A stretch of 64,000 nucleotides of DNA from Acidobacteriota bacterium (GTDB taxonomy: Bacteria > Acidobacteriota > UBA890 > WLXD01). Below, piece by piece: positions 38,121-47,747 of this stretch. The DNA lies in NCBI GenBank assembly GCA_965197275.1, contig CBDAMQ010000020.1, positions 47,695-111,694 of the forward strand. Direction: 5' to 3'. Each line of letters begins with the position of its first letter. Position 1 is the first letter of the stretch. Both the position numbers and the translations under genes were made by a program. The notes under the pieces are model-generated. The model had not been told where the DNA came from. It saw only the letters and a program-made list of their open reading frames with translations, and searched no databases.

Positions 38121-38774
38121 TCAACGCGCCGCGCGGACCACCTCGAGCACCCGCCTGAGGCTAGTGGCCTCGTCCTCGCCTCCGGTGTTGATAACGGTAG
38201 CCCCATGCGGAACTCGCAGCGGTGAATTAGGACGCTCCTGATCGCGTCGATCGCGCTCCCGCACGTCCTCGGCGACTTCGGCGGGGCTGGCATCGGCAAG
38301 CTGCCGCGCGCGGCGTTGTAGGCGCTCCCCTTCCGGTGCGGTAATGAACAACTTCGCGTCTGCGTCGGGAAGCACCGCACTGCCGATATCACGGCCTTCT
38401 ACGACTGCGCCATCAGCCGCTTCGGCGCGTTGACGCTGTAGCAACCACGCCCGCACCGCTGGGATCTGAGCCACCTCTGACGCTCGGCGCCCCACGCGCG
38501 GCGCTCGAAGCTCGTCGGTCACGTCCGTGCCGTCGATTCGGACGCGGAAATCATCGGGCTCTGCAACCACTTGTAGTGTCAGCTGCTCGAGCAGCGACAC
38601 CACTTCGTCGGCATCCTCCGCCTCTGCCTGCATCATCTTCCAGGCGACGGCGCGGTACATCGCTCCGGTGTCGACGTAGCGAAGCCCCAAGGTGCGGGCC
38701 AGCGCTCGAGCCAAGGTCGATTTGCCGGCGCCACTGGGCCCGTCGATGGCTATCCGCATGGGTTGTTTGCTCAC
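38121..38774 (-). CDS. cmk: Cytidylate kinase
   Basis: IAIDGPSGAGKST, DTGAMYRA, EGRDIG, RDRRD. Confidence 0.95.
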   Translation of the reverse strand: MSKQPMRIAIDGPSGAGKSTLARALARTLGLRYVDTGAMYRAVAWKMMQAEAEDADEVVSLLEQLTLQVVAEPDDFRVRIDGTDVTDELRAPRVGRRASEVAQIPAVRAWLLQRQRAEAADGAVVEGRDIGSAVLPDADAKLFITAPEGERLQRRARQLADASPAEVAEDVRERDRRDQERPNSPLRVPHGATVINTGGEDEATSLRRVLEVVRAAR

Positions 38775-39520
38775 CGTCGGACGTGTCCTGACTGCGCCAG
38801 GGCGAGTCGCTTTAGTGAAGTCTCTTCGCGTTTGCTCAGCCGGCGGTAGGAACCGGAGCGCAGATCGCCGAGCTTGACAGGACCGATCCGCGTACGCACG
38901 AGCTTCACCACCTGGTGACCCAGATCACCGAACATGCGTCGAATCTGGTTCTTCTTCCCCTCGTGGAGGACGACTCTGAACGCCGATTGGTGCCGCGAGT
39001 GGCACGGCAGATTCTCGATCTTGCACGGTAGCAGACGACGCCCATTGAGCTCGGTACCGGCGCGCAGTCGATCTACATCGACGGCTGCAGGCACCCCGCG
39101 TACGTGGACCCGGTACACCTTGTCTACCGGTCCCCCCGGACGGGTAACCGCCTGCATGACCTCGCCGTCGTTGGTCAGCAACAGCAGACCCTCGCTGTCG
39201 CGATCGAGCCTGCCCGCGGGGTAGACGCGCTCGCGGATGTCGCCGCCGAGCAAGTCGGTTAGCACGCGCTCAGCATGAGGATCGGTGACCGAGCTCACTA
39301 CCCCGGTCGGTTTGTTGATTGCCAGATAGACCCGCTGCTCACGCGACAGCGGTCGTCCGTCGACGCGGACATCATCTCGATCGAGATCGGCCTTGGCGCC
39401 CAGGTCCGCAACCACCCTACCGTTGACGGTCACGTGTCCCTCCGCGACCAGAGCCTCCGCCTTGCGGCGCGAGGTGATCCCGGCGTCGGCGATTAGCTTC
39501 TGCAGTCGTGCCGCGGGCAT
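38771..39520 (-). CDS. rluB: rRNA pseudouridine synthase (RluB/RsuA family)
   Basis: S4 domain RLQKLIADAGITSRRKAE, GRLDRDSEGL, EGKKNQIRRM. Confidence 0.88.
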   Translation of the reverse strand: MPAARLQKLIADAGITSRRKAEALVAEGHVTVNGRVVADLGAKADLDRDDVRVDGRPLSREQRVYLAINKPTGVVSSVTDPHAERVLTDLLGGDIRERVYPAGRLDRDSEGLLLLTNDGEVMQAVTRPGGPVDKVYRVHVRGVPAAVDVDRLRAGTELNGRRLLPCKIENLPCHSRHQSAFRVVLHEGKKNQIRRMFGDLGHQVVKLVRTRIGPVKLGDLRSGSYRRLSKREETSLKRLALAQSGHVRR

Positions 39521-39532
39521 CGATAATGCGGC

Positions 39533-40105
39533 TCAGGTTTCCAGCAGCTCTTGGAACTCCTCCTCCGAGGGAAGCTCCTTGAGGTCGCGCAGTCCGAAGA
39601 GCTCGAGGAACCGGTTCGTGGTTCCATAGGTAAACGGGCGTCCCACCGCCCGTCGCCGACCGGTGATCCTCACCAGGCGCAGATCTCGCAAACGCCGCAG
39701 TGCAGCGCCAGGGTCCTTGCCCCGGATCGCGCGGATCTCGGCGATCGTCGTCGGCTGGCGGTAGGCCACCACCGCCAGTGTCTCGAGCGCCGGGATGGAA
39801 AGCTGCGTCGGTCGCTCCACCTGTCGAAGCGCCCGGATGACAGCGTCGAATCGGGTCCGTGTGCCCAGGCGGTAACCCCCGGCGATCTCGATGACCTGCA
39901 ATGCCGAGCCGCGTGCCCGGTAGCTCTCTTCGAGCTCCAGACAGGCTGACCGTACCGTCTCCATAGCGAGATCATTGCTGCGAAGCTCGCTACATGATGC
40001 GCGGATGACCTCGAGCAGCCGATCAGCGGACACCGGTTCATCAGCACCGTAGAGAACGGCCTCGACGCTGGCGATCAGCGCGCTGGATACGGGTGAATCG
40101 GTCAT
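39533..40105 (-). CDS. scpB: SMC-Scp complex subunit ScpB
   Basis: VEAVLY, IAGGYRL, LETLAVVAYRQP, GRPFTYGTTNRFLELFGL. Confidence 0.95.
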   Translation of the reverse strand: MTDSPVSSALIASVEAVLYGADEPVSADRLLEVIRASCSELRSNDLAMETVRSACLELEESYRARGSALQVIEIAGGYRLGTRTRFDAVIRALRQVERPTQLSIPALETLAVVAYRQPTTIAEIRAIRGKDPGAALRRLRDLRLVRITGRRRAVGRPFTYGTTNRFLELFGLRDLKELPSEEEFQELLET

Positions 40106-40869
40106 GCCGAGGACTCACTGGAACCGACGCTATCGGCCGTTTCAGTGGAAAACACCATGATCGTGCCCAATGGCCCGTCCTGATACGCGCGCATCTCGGC
40201 GGCACGAATCAGGTCCAACAGGGCCAGGAACGTGGCGATCAGCTTGCCGCGGGGGACCCCGACCTCGAAGAGATCTCCGAAAGGCACGGGCCCACCGGTG
40301 GCAAGCTTGGAACGGATCTCGGCGGAGCAATCGGCCACCGAGAACTCCTCACGCGGCACCTCGAAGCCGGCGGGCTCCTCGAGACCGGCGAGAACATTGC
40401 GGAAGGCAGTGACCAGGGTGAAAAGATCGGCCTCGACGATCTCGCTGTCAGTCGCTTCGATCCCCGCCGGACTGGCTTCGCCACGGAACCACACCGCCGA
40501 CGCCTGGTTCTCGCGATGACGCAGGCGCTGGGCTGCCAGTCGAACGACCTGGTGCTCGACGAGCTGTCGTAGCAACGCTGTCTCTTCCTGCGCAGCGAGC
40601 TCCGGATCCTCCGGCAAAGCTGGACGCGGCAGCAAAGCACGCGCCTTCAACCGCATCAGCGTTGCCGCGACCTCGAGGAACTCGGCTGCCGGTTCGAGCT
40701 CGATCTCGCTCATGAAGTCCAGGGTCTCGACGTATGCCCCGGTGATCTCGGCCAACGGCACCTGTTCGATCGGTACCTCGTGTCGCCGAACCAGGTGGAG
40801 CAACAAGTCGAGGGGTCCGTCGAAGGACGCTATATGGACGTGGAACGGGTTCGGGTTTGCGTCAGCCAC
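40102..40869 (-). CDS. scpA: Kleisin ScpA
   Basis: FDGPLDLLLHLV, AATLMRLKARALLP, TFLALLDL; GTG start chosen downstream of the previous gene's stop. Confidence 0.93.
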   Translation of the reverse strand: MADANPNPFHVHIASFDGPLDLLLHLVRRHEVPIEQVPLAEITGAYVETLDFMSEIELEPAAEFLEVAATLMRLKARALLPRPALPEDPELAAQEETALLRQLVEHQVVRLAAQRLRHRENQASAVWFRGEASPAGIEATDSEIVEADLFTLVTAFRNVLAGLEEPAGFEVPREEFSVADCSAEIRSKLATGGPVPFGDLFEVGVPRGKLIATFLALLDLIRAAEMRAYQDGPLGTIMVFSTETADSVGSSESSA

Positions 40870-40885
40870 GGTCCGATCGTCCCGC

Positions 40886-41536
40886 CTAGCCGAGACCCGC
40901 AAGGGTCTGTCCGAAACGGATCACCGGCAGGATGAACACCCGCAGTGCGCCGAGCCATATCAGAGCGATCAGAATGAAGAAGCCGTACGGCTGGATGGAC
41001 CGGTAGAATCGCTCAACCGGACCGGACAACGTTGCCGACAGGATCCACGAGCCGTCGAGTGGCGGGATGGGCAGCATGTTGAACGCCGCCAGCAACAGGT
41101 TGATCAGCAACGACATCACCAGGAGCTGCAGGACGGGCAGAAACACGCTCGCCGACATGGCGGCGATGAGCGTCTCCTGATTGGCACGCATCAAACGGAT
41201 CAAGACGACGCATATCGCTGCCAGGAGCACGTTGCTGAGCGGCCCAGCGGCCGCTATCCAGGCGTGATCCCTCTTCGGCCGAGCCAGGTTGGCGGTGTTG
41301 ACGGGCACCGGCTTGGCGGCGCCGAACGGTGGCAGCCCGGCGAAGATCATCATGGCTGGGAACAGAATCGTCATGAACGGATCGATATGAGCGATCGGGT
41401 TCATGGTCACTCGGCCGAGCAACCGCGCCGTTGGATCGCCGAGTCGGTCGGCCGACCAGGCATGGGCCGCTTCGTGAAACGAGATCGCGAACAGCAGGGC
41501 GACGATCTGCGTGGCGATGAGGCCGGCTCCCTCCAT
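40886..41536 (-). CDS. Site-2 protease (M50 family)
   Basis: HEAAH, AAGPLSN, FNMLPIPPLDG. Confidence 0.93.
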   Translation of the reverse strand: MEGAGLIATQIVALLFAISFHEAAHAWSADRLGDPTARLLGRVTMNPIAHIDPFMTILFPAMMIFAGLPPFGAAKPVPVNTANLARPKRDHAWIAAAGPLSNVLLAAICVVLIRLMRANQETLIAAMSASVFLPVLQLLVMSLLINLLLAAFNMLPIPPLDGSWILSATLSGPVERFYRSIQPYGFFILIALIWLGALRVFILPVIRFGQTLAGLG

Positions 41537-41545
41537 GGGGTGATG

Positions 41546-43354
41546 CTATCCCGCGCTCGTACTCGGTGCTAGAACGGCCCGGATTGACGCCGCCAGCTTG
41601 CCGCCCACGACCTCGGCGAGATCTGTTTCGGTTGCGCTGCGCACGCCGGCGAGCGAGCCGAACCGGCGTAGCAGCGCACGCTGACGCTTCGGTCCGACGC
41701 CCGGTATTTCGCCGAGCTCCGAGCGCAGGACAGACTTGCTGCGCAACGAACGGTGGTAGGTGATCGCGAACCGGTGCGCCTCGTCGCGCACTCGCTGCAC
41801 CAGCCTCAGGGCATCGGTGTGGGGCTGCAGTGGTACGGGCTCCGAACGCTCCGGTACGAAGAGCTTCTCCTCGCCCTTCTCGATCGAGGCGACCGCCTGC
41901 TGCTGCATCCCGAGCTCCACCAGCGCTGCGCTCGCCGACGACAGCTGACCGCGGCCCCCGTCGATCACCAGCAGATCCGGCGCCGCGATCTCACCATCGA
42001 GAACCCGTTGGAAGTGACGCCGGACCACCTGGGCAATGGATTCGAAATCGTCCTGCCCCGCCAGGTCGCGTATGCGGAAGCGCTTGTAGCTCGACTTGTC
42101 CGGCTTGCCGTCGCGCAGCGAAACCAGGCTGGCGACGATCTGCTGTCCCTGCAAGTTGGAGACGTCGATGCACTGGATTACCTGAGGCGGGTGGTCCAGA
42201 TCGAGCAGCTCCTGCAGCAACTGCGCACCACGCTCGGCTTCGCCGCGCTCGTATCGATGCGCGTACGCGAGCTTGGCGTTCTGCATCACCAGCTCCAGCA
42301 ACCGGCGCTTGGGGCCACGTTGCGGCACCAGAAGCTTGACCGCCCCACCGCGCGCCTCCCGCAGCCAATCGGCAAGCACATCGGCCGACTCGAGCGGAAT
42401 CGGTACGCAGACTTCGGGAGGGATCACGGTGCCACCGTGATAGTACTGCTGCACGCTTGTGGTGAGCAGCTCCTGCTCGTCGATTCCCTTCACGTCGTCC
42501 CAGAAATACTGCCGGCGCTCCACCACCAAGCCGTCGCGCACGAGGAACACCTGCAGCGCGGCCCGCTGCTTCTCGCGATAGAGAGCGAAAAGATCCCGAT
42601 TGCCGAGATCCTTCGAGGCCATCTTCTGCTCACGCGACGCGGCTCGTACCGTTTCGACGAGGTCTCGATAGTGCGCCGCACGCTCGTACTGCTGAGTGGA
42701 TGACGCACTCAGCATCTTCACCTCCAGATCACCCTCGAGGTCCTCTCCCCTTCCCTGCAGGAACAGCTTCACCTCGTTGACGATGTCGGAATAACGCTCT
42801 TCGTCGCACAGGGCGCGCACACAGGGACCGGCGCATTCGCCGATGTCGTAGTAGAGGCAGGCGCGGTCCCACGAGCCGTCGATATCGATATTGCAGGGAC
42901 GCAGCCCGAAGTTGCGGTACACCACTACCTGCATGAGGCGGGCGCGAGTATTGGGGATATAGGGGCCGAAGTACTCGTCGCCGTCTTGCTCCATGCCGCG
43001 CACCAGCTGCAGGCGGGGGAACGTCTCGCTCTCGGTCAAGCGCAGGTACGGGTAGTTCTTGTCATCGCGCAGCAGCACGTTAAAGCGCGGCGTGCTCTGC
43101 TTGATGAGGCTGTTCTCCAGCGTCAGTGCCTCGACCTCGGAATCGGTGACGATGACCTCGACGTCGACGGTTTCATGGAGCATGCGCTGCTGACGGCGCT
43201 CTTCCCACCCGCCGCTCAGGTGCGACCGCACACGATCGCGGATGCGGTTTGCCTTGCCGACGTAGATCGTTCGACCGCGGGCATCCTTGAAGATGTAGAC
43301 ACCCGGTTCGGTCGGCAGGTCGCCGACCAGCTCGCGTATGGCGTCGATCGGCAT
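41546..43354 (-). CDS. uvrC: Excinuclease ABC subunit C
   Basis: PGVYIF..IYVGKA GIY-YIG domain, DDKNYPY, IDGGRGQ, RDEAHRFA, HhH. Confidence 0.97.
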   Translation of the reverse strand: MPIDAIRELVGDLPTEPGVYIFKDARGRTIYVGKANRIRDRVRSHLSGGWEERRQQRMLHETVDVEVIVTDSEVEALTLENSLIKQSTPRFNVLLRDDKNYPYLRLTESETFPRLQLVRGMEQDGDEYFGPYIPNTRARLMQVVVYRNFGLRPCNIDIDGSWDRACLYYDIGECAGPCVRALCDEERYSDIVNEVKLFLQGRGEDLEGDLEVKMLSASSTQQYERAAHYRDLVETVRAASREQKMASKDLGNRDLFALYREKQRAALQVFLVRDGLVVERRQYFWDDVKGIDEQELLTTSVQQYYHGGTVIPPEVCVPIPLESADVLADWLREARGGAVKLLVPQRGPKRRLLELVMQNAKLAYAHRYERGEAERGAQLLQELLDLDHPPQVIQCIDVSNLQGQQIVASLVSLRDGKPDKSSYKRFRIRDLAGQDDFESIAQVVRRHFQRVLDGEIAAPDLLVIDGGRGQLSSASAALVELGMQQQAVASIEKGEEKLFVPERSEPVPLQPHTDALRLVQRVRDEAHRFAITYHRSLRSKSVLRSELGEIPGVGPKRQRALLRRFGSLAGVRSATETDLAEVVGGKLAASIRAVLAPSTSAG

Positions 43355-43376
43355 CAGCCTCGAGCCCGGCCGATGC

Positions 43377-45383
43377 TCACGATACGCCGAGCTGCCGCCG
43401 CCGCAGCTCCTGCATGCGATCGCGGATGCTCGCCGCCTGCTCGAAGTCGAGCTCCTCCGCAGCCGCGAGCATCTGCTTTTCGAGCTCGGCGAGATGTTCC
43501 GTCATGCTCACCCCATCCATCGGCAGCTCGGGCTCCTCGGCCACCGTCAGGTCGACGTAGTCCCGAGCGTAGAACTGCCCGAACGTGTCGGAGATTCGCT
43601 TGACGACGGTTTCCGGGACAATGCCGTGCTCGTCGTTGTAGGTCTGCTGGATCTCTCGCCGCCGCGTCGTTTCGCCAATCGCTTCTTGCATCGAGTCTGT
43701 GATGCGATCGGCATAGAGGATGACCTTGCCCTCGACGTTTCGAGCCGCACGCCCGGTGGTCTGGATGAGCGCCGTCGCCGAACGCAGAAACCCTTCCTTG
43801 TCGGCATCGAGCACGGCCACGAGCGTCACCTCTGGCAGGTCGAGACCTTCCCGCAGCAAGTTGACGCCCACCAGAACATCGAAGTCGCCACGTCGGAAGT
43901 CGCGTAACAACTTGATGCGATCGAGGGTGTCGATGTCGCTGTGTAAGTAGCGGACACGCACTCCGAGATCACCGTAGTAGTCGGTCAGCTCCTCGGACAT
44001 GCGCTTGGTGAGCGTGGTCACCAGCACGCGCTCCGATCGGTCGACACGGGCACGCACTTCTGCCAACAGGTCGTCGACCTGTCCTGTTGCCGGTCGCACA
44101 TCGACGTCCGGATCTGTCAATCCGGTGGGCCGGATGATCTGTTCGACGATGACGCCACCGCTCTCCTCGAGCTCCCACGCCCCAGGCGTTGCCGAGACGT
44201 GGACCGTCTGTCCCACGAGCGCCTGAAACTCGCCGAAGTTGAGCGGTCGGTTGTCCATCGCCGATGGCAGCCGGAAGCCATGATTGACCAACGTGCCCTT
44301 GCGTGACCGATCTCCCTCGTACATGCCGCGCAATTGCGGCACCGTCATGTGCGATTCATCGATGAAGACGATGTGGTCCTCGGGTAGATACTCGATCAGC
44401 GTCGGCGGTGGCTCGCCTGGTTGGCGACCGGTGAGGTGGCGCGAGTAGTTCTCTACGCCATGGCAGTACCCCACCGTTTGCATCATCTCCAGATCGAACA
44501 TCGTGCGTTGATGCAGCCGCTGAGCTTCGAGCATCTTGCCCTCGATTTGCAGCTTCGGCAGCCACTCGTCGAGCTCCTCCTTGATGGATTCGATCGCCGT
44601 CGCCCGCTGCTCGAGAGTGGTCACGTAGTGCGACGCGGGAAAAAGCCCCAGCTTGGCGTGCTGCCGTAGCGTCTGGCCCATCAACGGGTCGATCTCGGCC
44701 AGCGCAACGATCTCGGTGTCGTCGAAGGTTACGCGCAGCGCCTCCTCGCCGTAGGTGGGGAGAATCTCGACTTCCTCGCCGCGGACGCGAAAACTCCCAC
44801 GCTCCAGACCATGGGCACGGCGCGAGTAGTGCAACTCCACCAGCTGACGCAGGAACTCCTGCCGATCCAGCCGGGCGCCTACCTCCAGCGGCAGCATCAG
44901 CCCGTAGTACGACTCGGGTGCCCCGAGACCGTATATGCAGGAGACCGACGCCACGATCACCACGTCACGGCGGCTCCACAAAGAGCGGGTCGCCGAATGT
45001 CGCATGCGATCGATCTCATCGTTGATGAGGGTCTCTTTGGCAATGTAAGTATCGGTCGACGGGACGTAGGCTTCGGGCTGGTAGTAGTCGTAGTAAGAGA
45101 CGAAGTACTCCACCGCGTTGTCCGGGAAAAAGTCGCGGAACTCCTGGTAAAGCTGCGCCGCGAGCGTCTTGTTGTGGGCAATCACCAGCGCTGGACGTTG
45201 AGCCCGCTCGATGATCTGCGCCATCGTGAAGGTCTTGCCTGACCCTGTGACCCCCAACAGCACCTGGTTGGCAGCGCCCGACGCGAGGCCGGCTTCCAGC
45301 TCGCGGATGGCCTGTGGTTGATCACCCTGAGGATCGAACTCGGCCTGCAGCCGGAAGCGCTCGCCGGCGATCGTCGGACTCAT
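43377..45383 (-). CDS. uvrB: Excinuclease ABC subunit B
   Basis: [41 protein letters not shown]-terminal UVR. Confidence 0.97.
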   Translation of the reverse strand: MSPTIAGERFRLQAEFDPQGDQPQAIRELEAGLASGAANQVLLGVTGSGKTFTMAQIIERAQRPALVIAHNKTLAAQLYQEFRDFFPDNAVEYFVSYYDYYQPEAYVPSTDTYIAKETLINDEIDRMRHSATRSLWSRRDVVIVASVSCIYGLGAPESYYGLMLPLEVGARLDRQEFLRQLVELHYSRRAHGLERGSFRVRGEEVEILPTYGEEALRVTFDDTEIVALAEIDPLMGQTLRQHAKLGLFPASHYVTTLEQRATAIESIKEELDEWLPKLQIEGKMLEAQRLHQRTMFDLEMMQTVGYCHGVENYSRHLTGRQPGEPPPTLIEYLPEDHIVFIDESHMTVPQLRGMYEGDRSRKGTLVNHGFRLPSAMDNRPLNFGEFQALVGQTVHVSATPGAWELEESGGVIVEQIIRPTGLTDPDVDVRPATGQVDDLLAEVRARVDRSERVLVTTLTKRMSEELTDYYGDLGVRVRYLHSDIDTLDRIKLLRDFRRGDFDVLVGVNLLREGLDLPEVTLVAVLDADKEGFLRSATALIQTTGRAARNVEGKVILYADRITDSMQEAIGETTRRREIQQTYNDEHGIVPETVVKRISDTFGQFYARDYVDLTVAEEPELPMDGVSMTEHLAELEKQMLAAAEELDFEQAASIRDRMQELRRRQLGVS

Positions 45384-45438
45384 CGGCGGGGCTTCCGGGC
45401 GGCGGGGCCCATCGGACGGAGCAGCACGCCAGACGCGG

Positions 45439-46656
45439 CTACCCTGCCGCCAACGCCGTGCACGCCGTCTCGAGGCGGTCGAGCGCTCTCTCGAGCGTCT
45501 CCATCGACGTGGCGTACGACATTCGCAGGAAGCCATCGCGGCCGAACGCCACTCCGGGAACCGTCACCACGTGGGCGTTATCGATGAAGTGGCCGGCGAG
45601 CTCTGCAGAAGTCGGCAGCTGCTCCGAGAACAGAGCCGACACGTTCGGAAAGGCGTAGAAAGCTCCCTTAGGCTCGACGCACGTCACACCCGGCAGCGCC
45701 CGGATGCGCGGTAGCACCCGATCGCGGCGTTCGGCGAAGGTCGCCAGCATCTGCCGTACCGGCGTCTGATCACCGGTCATCGCCTCGAGGGCGGCATACT
45801 GGCTGACCGAGGCGGGATTCGACGTCGTGTGGCCTTGCAACCGGACGCAAGCGGAGATGATCTCTTGGGGCCCGGCAAGGTAGCCGATGCGCCAGCCGGT
45901 CATGGCATAGCTCTTGGAACACGACCCACACACGACGGTGACGTCCTTGGCCTCGGGCCCGAAGGCCAACGGTGTAGCGTGCTCCGCACCCTCGTACACT
46001 AGGGCGGCGTAGCACTCGTCCACCAGCAGGAGCACGCCGCGCTCGATGGCAAGCTCGGCCAGCTTGTGCATCTCCGCCGCGTCGATGACGGCGCCGCTCG
46101 GATTGCTCGGCGTGTTGAGCACGATCACCCGGGTGCGCTGGGAACAGGCCGCAGCGATAGTCTCCGAGCGCAGCTTGAATCCGTCTGCTTCGACGGTATC
46201 GACGGTGATCGGTTCACCGCCCGCGAGCTTCACCTGCTCCGGAATACTGACCCAATAGGGAGTCGGAATGATGACCTCGTCCCCAGGGTCGAGCACGCAC
46301 ATGAAGAAATTGTGTAGACCCTGCTTGCCACCGGCCGTGATCATCGTCTCGTCGGTTCGATAAGGGGTGCCGTCGCGCGAGCTGTAGAGGCTTGCGACCG
46401 CCTCGCGTAGCTCCGGAATACCGGCCGCCGGGGTGTACCGGGTCCGTCCCTCGCGGATTGCGCGGATACCCGCGGCGCGGATTGGCTCGGGCGTATCGAA
46501 ATCGGGCTGCCCGGGCCCGAGATCCAGTACGTCGATCCCCTTGGCGCGCAGCTGGCGTGCCTTTTCGCTGGCAGCGAGCGTGGCCGACGCGCCAATGCGC
46601 GACACGGTGCCGCTCAGTCGCAGTGCGTCACTCTGTTCAGCGGGCGAAATGCTCAC
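45439..46656 (-). CDS. PLP-dependent aminotransferase class I (aspartate aminotransferase-like)
   Basis: [32 protein letters not shown]. Confidence 0.92.
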   Translation of the reverse strand: MSISPAEQSDALRLSGTVSRIGASATLAASEKARQLRAKGIDVLDLGPGQPDFDTPEPIRAAGIRAIREGRTRYTPAAGIPELREAVASLYSSRDGTPYRTDETMITAGGKQGLHNFFMCVLDPGDEVIIPTPYWVSIPEQVKLAGGEPITVDTVEADGFKLRSETIAAACSQRTRVIVLNTPSNPSGAVIDAAEMHKLAELAIERGVLLLVDECYAALVYEGAEHATPLAFGPEAKDVTVVCGSCSKSYAMTGWRIGYLAGPQEIISACVRLQGHTTSNPASVSQYAALEAMTGDQTPVRQMLATFAERRDRVLPRIRALPGVTCVEPKGAFYAFPNVSALFSEQLPTSAELAGHFIDNAHVVTVPGVAFGRDGFLRMSYATSMETLERALDRLETACTALAAG

Positions 46657-47119
46657 GTAGCTGCTCCTCGACCTCGGCCGGGACCATCCCTGTGACGGTC
46701 CCGCCGAGCTCGTAGATTTCCTTGATCAAACTCGATGAAAGGTACGTGTAGTCTTCGTGCGGCACCATGAACATAGTCTTGATTCGACCGTCGAGGTGCC
46801 GGTTCATCATTGCCATCTGGAACTCGAATTCGAAATCCGTCACCGCTCGTAGTCCGCGAATGACGACGCTTGCACCACGTTTCTGGGCCACCTCCACCAG
46901 CAGGCCCTCGAAGCTAACCACCTCGATTCCCTCATCATCGGCGAGGAGCCGTTCCAGCAAGGCGGTTCGCGCCTCGACCGAGAACATTGCTTCTTTGCGC
47001 GAGTTGCGAAGGACCGCGACGATCAGGCGTGGGAACACCTCCCGGGATCGCCGGATGATGTCCAGATGTCCATTGGTAACGGGATCGAACGATCCCGGAT
47101 AAATAGCAGCGGTGTTCAC
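46637..47119 (-). CDS. coaD: Phosphopantetheine adenylyltransferase
   Basis: YPGSFDPVTNGHLDII, RGLRAVTDFEFE, LSSSLIKE. Confidence 0.97.
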   Translation of the reverse strand: MNTAAIYPGSFDPVTNGHLDIIRRSREVFPRLIVAVLRNSRKEAMFSVEARTALLERLLADDEGIEVVSFEGLLVEVAQKRGASVVIRGLRAVTDFEFEFQMAMMNRHLDGRIKTMFMVPHEDYTYLSSSLIKEIYELGGTVTGMVPAEVEEQLREHFAR

Positions 47120-47174
47120 GGCCTCGGACCCCGTTGCGTGCCTCCGCCCCCGGTTCAGAGACTACGGGCGCACT

Positions 47175-47747
47175 TTAGCAGGACGCACCGTCGGGCTCTA
47201 CGCGGGAGCAAAGCAGAAAGGCGGTGTCGCCCACCCGCAGGTGGCGTTCCGACGCCCACTGTGCCGGCAACTTGACGGTCTCATCGTGGCGCTGTTCGAG
47301 GATGACGCGTCCATCGCGAGCGCACAGGCCATGCGCCTGGAGCAGTGCCAGGCACTCGACGCCGTGTCCGGAACCGTACGGTGGGTCGGCGAACACGAGA
47401 TCGAATGGGGCGCGCTCTGCCGCGCCGAGCCGTCGCAGCGCGGCCCGGTAGTCGGCGACGATCACGTCGCACGCGGCTTCGAAGTCGCAGTTGGTGATGT
47501 TGGCGCGCAGCGTCTCGGTGACCTTCCGTTGCCGATCGACAAACGTCGCACAGCGCGCGCCGCGGCTTACCGCTTCAAGCCCGAGCGCGCCACTGCCGGC
47601 GAACAGATCGAGCACGCGGGCGTCGTGCAGCTGAGGCTGCAAGACGTTGAACAGCGTTTCCCTGGCGCGGTCGGAGGTCGGCCGCACGCCGGGCAGGTCC
47701 GGCACGATCAGGCGTTTCCGCCGGGCTTGGCCGGCGATGATCCGCAT
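47175..47747 (-). CDS. rsmD: 16S rRNA (guanine966-N2)-methyltransferase
   Basis: MRIIAG, RPTSDRARETLFN, LDLFAGSGALGLEA, DPPY. Confidence 0.95.
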   Translation of the reverse strand: MRIIAGQARRKRLIVPDLPGVRPTSDRARETLFNVLQPQLHDARVLDLFAGSGALGLEAVSRGARCATFVDRQRKVTETLRANITNCDFEAACDVIVADYRAALRRLGAAERAPFDLVFADPPYGSGHGVECLALLQAHGLCARDGRVILEQRHDETVKLPAQWASERHLRVGDTAFLLCSRVEPDGASC

